DNA of 21,474 nt from Tubiluchus corallicola (Eukaryota; Animalia; Priapulida): the NCBI GenBank assembly GCA_030141605.1, contig JAQGDQ010001906.1:1-21474 (forward strand), read 5' to 3'. Positions within the stretch are counted from its first letter, which is position 1. Each line of letters starts with the position of its first letter. This document shows, piece after piece, positions 1 through 11,558 of this stretch. A program made the translations under genes and the position numbers. The notes below the pieces were generated by a model, which searched no databases, had not been told where the DNA came from, and saw nothing but the letters and a program-made list of their open reading frames with translations.

Positions 1-321
1 TTGTTAGAGGTATTAAATTTGCAGAACCGCCATTTTTCGTTGAGCGAGATGAAGGATGTTATGAGCGTGGTCACGAGGTCACCAAAGATCGGTAAACAAA
101 GACACTTTCTGTACGCCGTACATCATTCTCACTCAGTCGCGCCGAAGACGAGAAACATGGCGATCTTTACCGCAATGCATGCGTTTGAAATTTGCCAAAA
201 AAGGTCATTTCAAATCTGGTAAACCCTAGCCAAGCATCGGTTCACTTATGCCCACTGTTCCCCATAATTAGGAACACCACTTTTAATTACAATATTTTTT
301 GTTCTTATTTATGTTATTTTG

Positions 322-406
322 TAATAATAATAATGATGGTGACCCCAACGATGATGATGATGATATTAACAACAACAATAACAATAGTAACAACAACAAC
401 AGCAAC
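322..406. repeat. Compound trinucleotide microsatellite (AAT)n/(GAT)n/(AAC)n
   Basis: Visible runs taataataataat, gatgatgatgatgat and aacaacaacaataacaatagtaacaacaacaac. Confidence 0.85.
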
Positions 407-1576
407 AAAATTGAAATTTGCCACAAAATGGTAAGTTATTTAATTTAAAACTATGAATTCTTTGTATAATCATAATAATGAGTTAAAAAATTCAATGTCT
501 GTTGTGTGTTATAATCCTTTAAATGTTAGACAGAAAAAGAACAAAAGAAAATATTAGTTCCATAGTCGGTGTTTGAACCTTGAACCTTTTGTTTGTAAAG
601 ATCGTCTTATTTTTAAAGATTTGCGAATGTAATTACAAATGTTTTTGTAAACTCTTTTGCAAATGAGAGATTACAATAACAAGGAAACAACAAGATGTGG
701 GCCAGCCCGTCATGAATGCCTGTAATCAAAATGCGCTCATATATTGGTTTGCCGGACAATAGTGGGGAGACCGTTCAGTCTGAATTTGCCAATTGTCCGA
801 ATTTACCAATACTAAACTAATACAGTAGGCGCCGTGTATTAGACTCACGGTGATGTATAATCAATCACCTAATTGTCTCAAAAATGTCTGGTACGGGCAG
901 CTCCTATGCAGTATATAAAAACTGTCAGCAATTGACTCAAATAACTCTGCATAATTGACTATAAACCACTTAAGCATGCTGACGTACAAGCTACACAAGT
1001 ATCGTTACATGCTGCTTGGATGTAAACAAAGTGACGACCCGCCAACTAGCGGTCAGCTCGCGAAACAACATACTGTGTCCGTAGTATGCGGGACTTTTAA
1101 CGGTCCAGAGTTTGTCCGAATTTTCCGATACCCAAGAACGCGAGGTCCGGCAAAGCGAGATATATGAGTGTGTAGCATTCTCGGATTTGAAAATTTATTA
1201 ATTTTTACTAGACTGGTCTCAAGCGTGTCCGATGTACAGCAGAGGTTGGACAGCAGAATTCAAGTAAAACCGGTCGATTTTGACGCAGCGATGAAACTAC
1301 GCGAAGAGACTCATCACTTGGGTATGTCCTATAAGTGTCGTCCTCTCATAAGTGTTTGTGGTGTGTTACCCATTTTGGTAACGGTTTTTGTACAATTTTT
1401 GATTCGATCAATCAATCAATCAATTTATTTCACTCCAGCAATACAATACATCAACATACAATATTATTTAAAAAAAAGAAACAGTATAGGTAAAAAAACG
1501 TTGATGAAGTCAAATTAACCAAATAAAAGAGTTGCTGTATGACACCTTGAAAGCTTGGCTTGTTAAGGTGGCACAA

Positions 1577-2674
1577 ATGAGTGAATGAAAGAATGGTTAG
1601 GGTTAGTAGACATGATGGAATGGAAAAAATAGTAAGATTAGGGATAGGAAGAAGGAAGGGAGGGGAGGATGAGTGAATGAAAGAATGGTTAGGGTTAGTA
1701 GACATGATGGAATGGAAAAATAGTAAGATTAGGGATAGGAAGAAGGAAGGGAGGGGAGGATGAGTGAATGAAAGAATGGTTAGGGTTAGTAGACATGATG
1801 GAATGGAAAAAATAGTAAGATTAGGGATAGGAAGAAGGAAGGGAGGGGAGGATGAGTGAATGAAAGAATGGTTAGGGTTAGTAGACATGATGGAATGGAA
1901 AAAATAGTAAGATTAGGGATAGGAAGAAGGAAGGGAGGGGAGGATGAGTGAATGAAAGAATGGTTAGGGTTAGTAGACATGATGGAATGGAAAAAATAGT
2001 AAGATTAGGGATAGGAAGAAGGAAGGGAGGGGAGGATGAGTGAATGAAAGAATGGTTAGGGTTAGTAGACATGATGGAATGGAAAAATAGTAAGATTAGG
2101 GATAGGAAGAAGGAAGGGAGGGGAGGATGAGTGAATGAAAGAATGGTTAGGGTTAGTAGACATGATGGAATGGAAAAAATAGTAAGATTAGGGATAGGAA
2201 GAAGGAAGGGAGGGGAGGATGAGTGAATGAAAGAATGGTTAGGGTTAGTAGACATGATGGAATGGAAAAAATAGTAAGATTAGGGATAGGAAGAAGGAAG
2301 GGAGGGGAGGATGAGTGAATGAAAGAATGGTTAGGGTTAGTAGACATGATGGAATGGAAAAAATAGTAAGATTAGGGATAGGAAGAAGGAAGGGAGGGGA
2401 GGATGAGTGAATGAAAGAATGGTTAGGGTTAGTAGACATGATGGAATGGAAAGAAATAGTAAGATTAGGGATAGGAAGAAGGAAGGGAGGGAAGGATGAG
2501 TGAATGAAAGAATGGTTAGGGTTAGTAGACATGATGGAATGGAAAAAATAGTAAGATTAGGGATAGGAAGAAGGAAGGGAGGGGAGGATGAGTGAATGAA
2601 AGAATGGTTAGGGTTAGTAGACATGATGGAATGGAAAAAATAGTAAGATTAGGGATAGGAAGAAGGAAGGGAGG
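1577..2674. repeat. 92-bp purine-rich tandem repeat, 12 copies
   Basis: Unit atgagtgaatgaaagaatggttagggttagtagacatgatggaatggaaaaaatagtaagattagggataggaagaaggaagggaggggagg starts at 1577, 1669, 1760, 1852, 1944, 2036, 2127, 2219, 2311, 2403, 2496 and 2588. Copies are near-identical, with length variation only in the A run. Confidence 0.98.
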
Positions 2675-2702
2675 AGAAGAAACGGCCACAGTAACGACCA
2701 TT

Positions 2703-3296
2703 TGTTGACTGATTGTAATTTAATCATTATTTGCATCATTATACTAAATGATTTTTGGCAATGTTCATATAGGGGATATAATTATCGTTTTCTGTTTTGC
2801 AATTGTTGCATTTTTGTCGTTCTATGGTTACTGCTGTAGCATTCATTCCCCGAACGCTAGCGTGTTGTAGAGATTGCTGGCATCTATTAGAATTACATAG
2901 AACATTGTAGAATGTTCCGTTGAAATGATCGTCTTACCGTGTGGAATGTTCTGGAACTTAACTTCTGGAAGCTTCTCGGGCGCGCTATATAAGGTGAAGC
3001 AGGCCGCTGACAGAGACACGCTGATTCACACAGACGTCACTTACACATTCTCTTGTATACTTGTATTTTCAGATACACTTAAACGTTTTCCAGATTTTCA
3101 CGTTTACTGTAAACATTTCGCGTTCCTTCATACTTTTGTGTTGTAGAATTCTCGCTTAATAAACTAGTTTAATTTGACGAAGTGTTTTCTGGTTTTCTCT
3201 GCGAGCCTTCCGAGAGAAACAAAACATAGCGTCTCCAAAGCGCACCAGGACTGCACCAACGGCTTAACGGGGAGAGAAATGGAATTTCCGACAACA
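2703..3296 (+). mobile_element. Possible solo LTR of an LTR retrotransposon
   Basis: TGTTG (2703) ... CAACA (3296) termini, TATATAAG at 2986 and AATAAA at 3158, in U3-R-U5 order. No TSD or PBS was found and the left boundary is uncertain. Confidence 0.45.
2890..2993 (+). promoter_or_regulatory. Heat-shock element cluster plus TATA box
   Basis: GAAtgTTCtgGAA (2944-2956) and TTCtgGAAgcTTC (2963-2975) are perfect three-unit nGAAn arrays. GAAcaTTGtaGAAtgTTC (2900-2917) is near-perfect. TATATAAG follows at 2986-2993. Confidence 0.6.
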
Positions 3297-3346
3297 TCGC
3301 AAAAAATCTTCCACGCAAAGTTATCTTACTGAATATTACGCTAACG

Positions 3347-3756
3347 CAGTGGTGTGCAAATTAACTGACTAGCTGGGCCACGTTAAACATTCATGCAATT
3401 CCTGTGGGCCACAGGCAGTTTGATCAAGGAGTCAAGTACAGAAAGGCCTAACACCGATTTTTTTGCATCCGACCTGAGTACATCATTACTACTACACTCA
3501 AGAAACTATTTTAGAAGTTATTAAAATTTATATTACAAATCACATATTTCTACTTTCAGGACAGATAGTGGTAATTTCATTACAATGCATATTAGTAATG
3601 TGTATCACACAGTCTGTGTAGTACAGTGACATTAAGCTACAACAGTCTTGTAAGGGTTAATGGCATCCGATCTAGTAGAAAAAACTACCCGCACTACCTT
3701 TGCGATATTGGTGCAGACTTTAGCTGGATCGCCCGGGCCGCACTTTCATTACGTTG
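3347..3756 (+). mobile_element. 3'-truncated copy of the hAT-type MITE at 4397-4898
   Basis: Begins CAGTGGTGTGCAAATT and aligns closely with 4397..~4821, then the similarity stops; the right TIR is absent. Confidence 0.85.
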
Positions 3757-3789
3757 CTTAGTTAGTGATGAGTGTGACAGGTTGTTTCG

Positions 3790-3919
3790 TTCAAACTTCA
3801 TGCCATGTTGTCTAAACTTGTTTGCAAATGACTTACCATTAAAATGGCTGCGCCTAACGGTCATCGCGGGAGATTAAATTTACAAGTTTCGTACAGGGTT
3901 ACTGCTGATGCAAGCCCTG
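3790..3919. mobile_element. Dispersed repeat, likely a DNA-transposon terminus ending ...CAAGCCCTG (copy 1)
   Basis: Homologous to 20575-20703 (taaacttgttt...cttacc.ttaaaatggctgcgcctaa.ggtca..gcgggag..taaatttac...caagccctg). Similarity ends at the same CCCTG in both copies. Confidence 0.65.
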
Positions 3920-4396
3920 CATGCAAAAACACCGCAAGTAAGCAATTCAAAATTTCAAGGTGAATTCTTAAAGGTTTATTTATGAAAAGTGTTTCCTGTG
4001 CTTCTAGTTCTGTTGCTACATACTGTTTAATCTTTTGTTTAGCGCCTTACACACCAGTTGGCAGCACTGAAGATCTGTTTCCCGGCACATGGTTCTTGAC
4101 TCACGTGGACGAGAAGTTTCGACGCAAATACGAGCGGAAACCGCTGCGGGCCGTGGGTGCAATCTCATTGTATGGAAGAGGCGATGTATCAATGCAAGAA
4201 AAATATTCGGTAAGTTTCCTAAGCGTAAGAAATCAAATGGAAAAGCTTTGATTGGATTATTTATTTTATTTTTTGTTCCAAACTGTTTTTTAGGCAAAGT
4301 GGAGGTTGGTGTGCGTAGTCTAGCGGTCTAGACACTTAACGGTTCTCTATGGGCTCATGAGCTAATAGAGATGTAATACAAAAACAGCTAATGGAG

Positions 4397-4898
4397 CAGG
4401 GGTGTGCAAATTATCTGACTGGCCGGGCCACATTAAACTTTCCCACAATTCCTGCGGGTCACAGGCAGTTTGATCAAGGAGCCAAGTACAGAAAGGCCTA
4501 ATAACGATTGTTTTTTGCATCCGACCTGCGTACATCTTTACTACTACACTCAAGAAACTATTTTAGAAGTTATTAAAATTTATATTACAAACCATATATT
4601 TCTACTTTCAGGACAGATAGTGGTAATTTCATTACAATGCATATTAGTAATGTGTATCACACAGTCTGTGTAGTACAGTGTTATTAAGCTACAACCGTCT
4701 TGTAAGGGTTAATGGCATCCGATCTAGTAGAAAAAACTACCCGCATTATCTTTGGGATCGTGGCACGGACTTCAGCTGGATACACTCAATTAATCGCCCG
4801 GGCCGCACTTTCATTAGGTTGACAAATTTCTTCGCGGGTCGCACAAATTCTCTCGGTGGGCCGCAAGTGGCCCGCGGGCCGCAATTTGCACACCCCTG
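4397..4898 (+). mobile_element. Complete non-autonomous hAT-type (Charlie-like) MITE, 502 bp
   Basis: Perfect 16-bp TIR CAGGGGTGTGCAAATT / AATTTGCACACCCCTG. 8-bp TSD TAATGGAG (4389-4396) / TAATAGAG (4899-4906) with one mismatch. Subterminal GGCCCGCGGGCCGC motifs. No transposase ORF. Confidence 0.9.
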
Positions 4899-5367
4899 TA
4901 ATAGAGATATAATACAAAAAGCATTTGCAAATGATTACTGATGACCTAATAGAGATATAATACAAAAGGTATATAAAATTTCCATGCATGTTCGCAATAA
5001 ATGATTTAGCTATGCAAAAGGCAACAGGTATGTAGTTGTGTTATCTACTTGTTACCTTACTCTACCAAATGTGCAACTTTTCAAAGTACCGGGTGACTTG
5101 TTGGTGGCGAGTAACTTTAAAAATTGTTTGTTGTAGGCCAAAACGACCGAATCGAAGGCTGCTAAGGACATTAGAGTAGACGGCAGTGACCAGACCAACG
5201 CCTTGACCTAGAAACAATGCCAGACTTTGTGCATGCAGAGATTTCCCATATTGTCGTGTTTGTAATCACGTGCGGAAGAAACCGTGGTTTAAATTTCTCG
5301 AATACGCTGCTCTGTGATAATAGAATTATGTTGTTTTATGCTTCCAGAAATTGTGTTTTGTCCAAGC

Positions 5368-5675
5368 CCTGGTGGCTGAATTTGTAACTAGGCAGAATGA
5401 TGTCATATCAGCTGTTTGAATTTCTACTCCTAGTGGCTGAATTTGTAACTAGGCAGAATGATGTCATATCAGCTGTTTGAATTTCTGCTCCTAGTGGCTG
5501 AATTTGTAACTAGACAGAATGATGTCATATCAGCTGTTTGAATTTCTGCTCCTAGTGGCTGAATTTGTAACTAGGCAGAATGATGTCATATCAGCTGTTT
5601 GAATTTCTGCTCCTAGTGGCTGAATTTGTAACTAGACAGAATGATGTCATATCACCTGTTTGAATTTCTGCTCCT
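5368..5675. repeat. 61-bp tandem repeat, 5 copies
   Basis: Unit ctagtggctgaatttgtaactaggcagaatgatgtcatatcagctgtttgaatttctgctc starts at 5369, 5430, 5491, 5552 and 5613. Confidence 0.97.
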
Positions 5676-6903
5676 TCTACACCTCGCTATTCAAAATAAA
5701 TCTTATAAGGCCTATGAGTTTTCTGCTACTGTATGAGTACAGACATAACTAAATGATTACAAATTAGGTACTGTTCTATTCAGGAGAATCTCTGCTATCC
5801 AATCATGCTATTATTGAGCATTTATAAGTGATTTAATTGGATAAAATTAAGAAAAACACGCCCTTTTCAGGCACTTTAACTTACCCTATTGAATAGTTTA
5901 GTCTGGTGTACACTTGCGTGATCGTACACACTATTTTATTGATCACCTACTTGCTACAGCCCAAACTGTGCAGTGTTCTGCTGCTATTCCAGGAAAAACC
6001 AACCGATCAGCCAAGGACAAATTAAGGTCGTCTCATCTTTTAGCAGGAATTTCTCCTTAAAAATAAAGTAGACTTGAGGCTAAAGTTTATCAGAGTGTTG
6101 TGTCTGGATAGTTGAAATTTTCTACATTAGCTGATTTCACACAAGTGATACTGTACATTGTTACAGTGCAAACACTGCAGTTACTGAAAGTTTTTTTCAA
6201 TTTTTAATTTGATCGATTCTCAATTTCTCTAAAGTCAGCAAATTCATTTTAATATAATTTTACATGAAAATCCATTGTGTGAGGAGTAGAAACCTACAAA
6301 AATTATCAAATATAATGTAATCGCTGCTTAGTGAGAGCAGTTTTTCATGAAGCCCTGCAAAATGTAGCAAACGCTTACGGTCCCAAAGAAGTTAAATTTC
6401 TTTTTGCTGTAAATAAGATTAATTTTCTAATTTCTTTAGTTGATATGACTGACACCAGGGATCAAGAGGCTTTAAATCTTTTTCACTAATGAGATTTTTC
6501 CTATTAAGTTTTCTATTTTGGATACTTAGTTGTTTATATATAGACGGTACGCAATTGTTACTCGTGTTTATGAAAAAGATATTGCATATTGCCCGTAGCG
6601 AATGCACATATAGTGCTTTGCTGTAACTGTAATGATTATCGCACACTGTCACAGGGTATATCGTGATGTTTCGTGTTACTAACTAATGTCATGTAACATG
6701 TAACAGTTTAGTATACGTACTTTTATAAGTTACATTCTGTGTTTATATACAGATAGTTGTCTACTTACGACCGCAATACTTTCCTATTGATTTGTCGTAT
6801 GACGAATTGAACCATCTGACTCGTGTATTCAAGTGGTGCCCTCTACACCTAAGACGTGTGTGTACGCGCGCTAAGTACAGCGCCATCTACAATGAACTTT
6901 CCG

Positions 6904-7160
6904 ATGAATTTGGCACCATCATACCTTACTGATCTTTTGATATACCGTAACGTATCCCAAACACTTCGTTCTAATGCTAATGAACTAATTAATTTACATC
7001 AGCCAATTCTTAATACAGTCTCTATAATGAAAAAGCTTTTACCTGTCTGAGCTCCACGTCTCTGGAATAACTTACCTGTTGCTACACGTTCTACAAATTC
7101 ATTAGACTGTTTTAAACAACATCTCAAGACACATTTGTTTAAATTTTACTTTTTATGATG
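6904..7160 (+). mobile_element. Degenerate LINE (L2/CR1 group) ORF2 C-terminal fragment
   Basis: Translates as NLAPSYLTDLL...QTLRSN...LHQP and, after disruptions, APRLWNNLPVATRSTNSLDCFKQHLKTHLF. This matches the APxYL..LRS..APxLWNxLP..FKxxLKTHLF tail typical of L2-group elements. Confidence 0.85.
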
Positions 7161-7361
7161 AATTATTTTTAATTTTTAATGTCTTAAATTTTATGTTTCT
7201 TATGAAATTTAAATTTATTTTATTGTTTAGCGAGGTGAGATTTTGAATGATGTAGTGTGATATATAAACGAATTTCACGTTACGTTTTGTTATATCTAAA
7301 CAAACAGAAATTTAAAGTTAATTGGCTAAAAAAAGTCGAGGGAAATGTGAGTTCTACACCG

Positions 7362-7821
7362 CCGGGCCGGAAAAAATCGTCCCTCATATCCGATGTCCGT
7401 TATAGCCGAAGTTGATTCAGACCAAGGGTGTGTCTAGACCTGAGAGCTCTATATACCTCATCTGGTAGCCTAATGCCCAATGAACAGTTTGTAGCAATGT
7501 ATGTAATATACTGATTTAATGCAGGCTTCCATTCATCTTGAACTGAACACAAAAATTGATGTTTATTCAAAGTCGGGCTCGTGCGGGGTCTCGGCATAGG
7601 CTTGATTATATATATTTGATCATAGGGTCCCTTATATGCGAGGTAATTTACCTGGGTTTCTGTTATGCGGGACCTGAAGATATCGTCCCTTATAACCGAA
7701 AGCCCTTATATCCGAGTATCTTATAAACGAAGATTTTTACATAAGAAAAACATTACGAAAAATCGGGACCGGTGTTGGTGGTCTATTGTATGCGACTACC
7801 TTATACCCGAGGTTGACTGTA
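7362..7821. mobile_element. Partial pogo/Tigger-like (Tc1-mariner) MITE
   Basis: Repeated internal motif (gtc)ccttata(t/a)ccga and a right end CGAGGTTGACTG followed by TA. No matching left TIR was found. Confidence 0.5.
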
Positions 7822-8071
7822 GTTGGTTTTGTATAAGCAATGAAGTTGTGATCGGGTCATAAAGTCGGAACAGTCGTAAGTCGCGTAGGTCATAAGTTGA
7901 CAGCTACCTGTATATTAAATTTTTGATGAATTACTGAATTAACTCATTATTACCAGTATTATGTTAAAACCTAGTACGCCGTCTTAGTAGAACTTGTATC
8001 TCTCGGTTTGTCGATTGTCCGTATTGACCGATCAGTCGCCCAATTGTCTCAATAAAGTCTAGTAGGACTGC

Positions 8072-8203
8072 TGTAGTTAAAAAACTACAACTCTATTAAA
8101 ACTTTTAATATACATAGTTAAAAATCATGTCAAACGTTTCGACAGAGCTACTGCTGTCATCATCAGTGGTAAATTTTTACAAGCATACAACCAGTTTTGT
8201 ATA
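8072..8203 (-). mobile_element. Penelope-like pseudo-LTR module, left arm of an inverted repeat
   Basis: About 130-bp reverse complement of 9161-9294; contains the hammerhead core. Confidence 0.75.
8129..8170 (-). ncRNA. Minimal type I hammerhead ribozyme motif (PLE type), intact core
   Basis: Minus strand reads ACCA-CTGATGA-T-GACAG-cagtagct-CTGTC-GAAA-CG-TT-TG: CUGAUGA core, 5-bp stem II, GAAA, palindromic AAACGTTT stem III and a very short stem I. Confidence 0.7.
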
Positions 8204-9140
8204 CTGTACTAAGCATACAACCAGTTTTATATACTGTACCATATATAATGTATAAACGTACTACCAGTTTTATATACTGTACCATATATAATGTATAAAC
8301 GTACAACCAGTTTTATATACTGTACCGTATCTAATGTATAAACGTACAACCAGTTTTATATACTGTACCGTATATAATGTATAAACGTACAACCAGTTTT
8401 ATATACTGTACCGTATATAATGTATAAACGTACAACCAGTTTTATATACTGTACCGTATATAATGTATAAACGTACAACCAGTTTTATATACTGTACCGT
8501 ATATAATGTATAAACGTACAACCAGTTTTATATACTGTACCGTATATAATGTATAAACGTACAACCAGTTTTATATACTGTACCGTATATAATGTATAAC
8601 TGTACAACCAGTTTTATATACTGTACCGTATATAATGTATAAACGTACAACCAGTTTTATATACTGTACCGTATATAATGTATAAACGTACAACCAGTTT
8701 TATATACTGTACCGTATCTAATGTATAAACGTACAACCAGTTTTATATACTGTACCGTATCTAATGTATAAACGTACAACCAGTTTTATATACTGTACCG
8801 TATATAATGTATAAACGTACAACCAGTTTTATATACTGTACCGTATATAATGTATAAACGTACAACCAGTTTTATATACTGCACCGTATCTAATGTATAA
8901 ACGTACAACCAGTTTTATATACTGTACCGTATCTAATGTATAAACGTACAACCAGTTTTATATACTGTACCGTATATAATGTATAAACGTACAACCAGTT
9001 TTATATACTGTACCGTATCTAATGTATAAACGTACAACCAGTTTTATATACTGTACCGTATATAATGTATAAACGTACAACCAGTTTTATATACTGCACC
9101 GTATATAATGTATAAACATACAACCAGTTTTATATAATGT
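8186..9140. repeat. 43-bp tandem repeat, about 22 copies
   Basis: Unit tacaaccagttttatatactgtaccgtatataatgtataaacg with 43-bp period from 8216 to 9119, preceded by a 30-bp unit at 8186. Confidence 0.98.
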
Positions 9141-9160
9141 TCTATACTGTAGGGACTGCC

Positions 9161-9294
9161 TATATAAACTGGTTGTACATTTATAAAAATTTACCACTGA
9201 TGATGACAGCAGTAGCTCTGTCGAAACTTTTGACATGATTTTTAACAACTACGTAAATTAAAAGTTTTAATAAAGTTGTGGTGTTTCGACTATA
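9161..9294 (+). mobile_element. Penelope-like pseudo-LTR module, right arm of the inverted repeat
   Basis: Order is TATATAAA (9161), hammerhead core (9197), AATAAA (9269); inverted copy of 8072-8203. Confidence 0.75.
9193..9234 (+). ncRNA. Minimal hammerhead ribozyme motif with mutated stem III
   Basis: ACCA-CTGATGA-T-GACAG-cagtagct-CTGTC-GAAA-CT-TTTG; a G>T change breaks the AAACGTTT palindrome. Confidence 0.6.
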
Positions 9295-10219
9295 AATATT
9301 TTGCATTCTTAATAAACTGCATGAAATGTAGATATATGTACATACATACATACATACTTAGTGTACGCAAAATGTACTGTTGTTTACTTTTGTGTATAGT
9401 GAAAAAAAGTTTACAGAATTATGGAATTTAGAGTAACTTCAGTATGTATTTAGTAATTTTGTTAGTAGTTAATTAGTAAACTGACCTGTTTCTGCACAAC
9501 AGTTAATTTTATAACCACATAGCTGATTGGCCACCGAAAATGTATTTGCCAATTATGTAAAATGAGCCACTGGCCCAAGTGTGGTTACACCGTGACTTCA
9601 TTATGCTCCAGTAAAGCAATAGGTATACAATATTACAATGTCTTACAATATTAGTATGCTTTACAATAGCAATAGCAAATAAGAACTGAAAGTTCTTGTT
9701 TTTAAACACATGTTTCTTTTTTTAACACCCTGTAGGTGTATTACGTAAGAACTTGTCTAACACATTCTGTGTTGAAAAATACATTTTCCACCTTTGATAT
9801 TTTCTATGTAAATAAATTTGTTGTTAACCGCACAATGTGTTGTGTATTTTGATTTTGCTGTCGTGGTTAAATAAATTAGTCTGAACAGCTTGCTGCAATG
9901 ACACCTGCAAATGTGAACGAGCCTTTAACATTTAATCTAAACATTCTGTTAGCTGTGCTTATTGTAAATGGAACAAAACCACTTCTTAGGAGGTACTGGT
10001 ACCTAGTACATTTCTGTCACAGTAGGGAACATTGTAATTAAACTAGTGATCTTTGCAAACAAATCATTTTTTACTGGTTCTCTACATTTAACATGTGGGC
10101 CTGCATGCTGTAAATGACTGTAGCAGGACTGGCATCTTTTTCATTGCTCTACGATGTCCGAAGTGTGGACACTGGACTGTCCAAAGGGTTTTAGCCATAT
10201 GTTGTTCCCATCTCCGTAC

Positions 10220-10797
10220 ATCTCCTAAGCACACAAAGAATATTTTACTCTGCTTTTTATATTTAAATACATTAACAACATCAGCAGACCATTCCAGAAT
10301 AACAGATTTACCTTTTTTCCAAATCCTATCGTTAATTCCAGAACAAGCAATCTAAAACAAATTAGGACAAATACCCACTGTGGAACGAACTCTGTAATCA
10401 AACAAGCAATTCTACTTTGGAATTCTCTACCATTACAGGTTAAACAAATCAAGTCCCTATCAGCATTTAAACCAAAATTAAAATCACTAATATTAACCAG
10501 ATATGAAATACCATCACAACAGTACGACGACATACACACTAATTCAGAGTTCATATATCCACAGCCATATTAATTAAATCATAGTTTTTTTCATTTTTTT
10601 GTGCATAGTTGTAAATACGTTTGATTTTATTCGTCGTTACTTTCCATTACTGCACAGTAGTTTAGATTGCACTGACGCATTTGCCTTTAGCAGTGTAAGT
10701 TTTTATTAACTAACACTGATTGATCATCTCTGTAAAGTTTTTATCAGTGATTATCAATGTATTTTAATGGCAAATAAAGATTATTATATATATATAT
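10220..10797 (+). mobile_element. 5'-truncated LINE (CR1/L2 group) 3' end with 3' UTR and tail
   Basis: Frame from 10253 reads LFIFKYINN...NSRTSNLKQIRTNTHCGTNSVIKQAILLWNSLPLQVKQIKSLSAFKPKLKSLIL (LWNxLP..FK..LK signature). Ends with AATAAA followed by gattattatatatata. Confidence 0.8.
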
Positions 10798-10805
10798 CTT
10801 TCCTC

Positions 10806-10910
10806 AGGAAAGTTTCCAAGAATGCAGTGGTCCCCATTCATCCAATTAAGCTAAGTGTTGCTTAACTTCAGTCACTAAGCGCTCACTGTAAATCGCTCAT
10901 ACGTTATTTG
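10806..10910 (-). mobile_element. Degenerate 5S-derived SINE head fragment (copy 1)
   Basis: Minus strand has CTGAAGTTAAGCAAC...TTGGATGAATGGGGACC and is homologous to 11559-11661. Confidence 0.5.
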
Positions 10911-11558
10911 AAACACGTTACCAGGGAGCCAGACTATTGCTGATGCTATTAAAATTCGCGTTGCATTTGCACTTAAGCGCTTGTAAAAATCTCACAGTGC
11001 CGCGCATGCGCAGAGTGGCGTGTAAATCTACGAAAACCCACTTGTGTAAAAGTCAAGAACTGCTTAAAATGCTGGTCGGCATGTTTTCTGCTAATTCGCA
11101 GACTGATTTTAATGGATTTTAGTGTTGTAAAGTACTCGATAACATAGGAATGTAGGACCTGCGGCGGGACCGGGACCTATGTCGTTGTCGACTCAAATGT
11201 GTCAGTCATGTTCGGATGGACGTCTGCCCTCTGCAAGAAATCAAGCCTTTTGACAGTTCCAGCGATTGATGGTGATCGTGAAAAGGTCAAAGGTTAAGTG
11301 TACCAGTCAAAGCATTTGCGTACGACAACGCCTCACAGCCTATGCTGTTGTAATAGTAACAGATTTAACAGCTAGCTAGAACCTTACCTAGTTCATTTTT
11401 TCTTCTTGCCAAGCAAGATCCTGCTAGTAAATCACTCTACGCACAGACTAATGCATAGTTAAGTAAAGTCCACCAAAACAACTGAGGTTACTGAACTGAC
11501 GGCTTTGTTTTACACACATGTCACGTGACTTTTGTATGAGACGCAGATGAAACCATTC

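Noticed and set aside
1-230. Possible transposon end (...TCTGGTAAACCCTAG) and 73-aa ORF
   Set aside because: Lies at the window edge with no partner TIR or TSD, and the ORF has no recognisable motif.
770-1200. MITE-like motifs (ttgtccgaattt) and weak similarity of 860-895 to 8030-8065
   Set aside because: Too short and degenerate to define an element.
1451-2624. Hydrophobic MSTNPNHSF... ORFs
   Set aside because: Translations of the 92-bp satellite; the unit is not a multiple of 3 and the A-run indels shift frames.
1577-2674. True telomere or interstitial telomeric tract
   Set aside because: TTAGGG occurs only as isolated motifs inside a longer unit.
3626-4989. Short ORFs within and between the MITE copies as a transposase
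   Set aside because: No DDE, BED-finger or hAT dimerisation motifs.
8186-9140. CRISPR array interpretation of this and the other arrays
   Set aside because: Units are head-to-tail with no unique spacers, there are no cas genes, and the context is eukaryotic.
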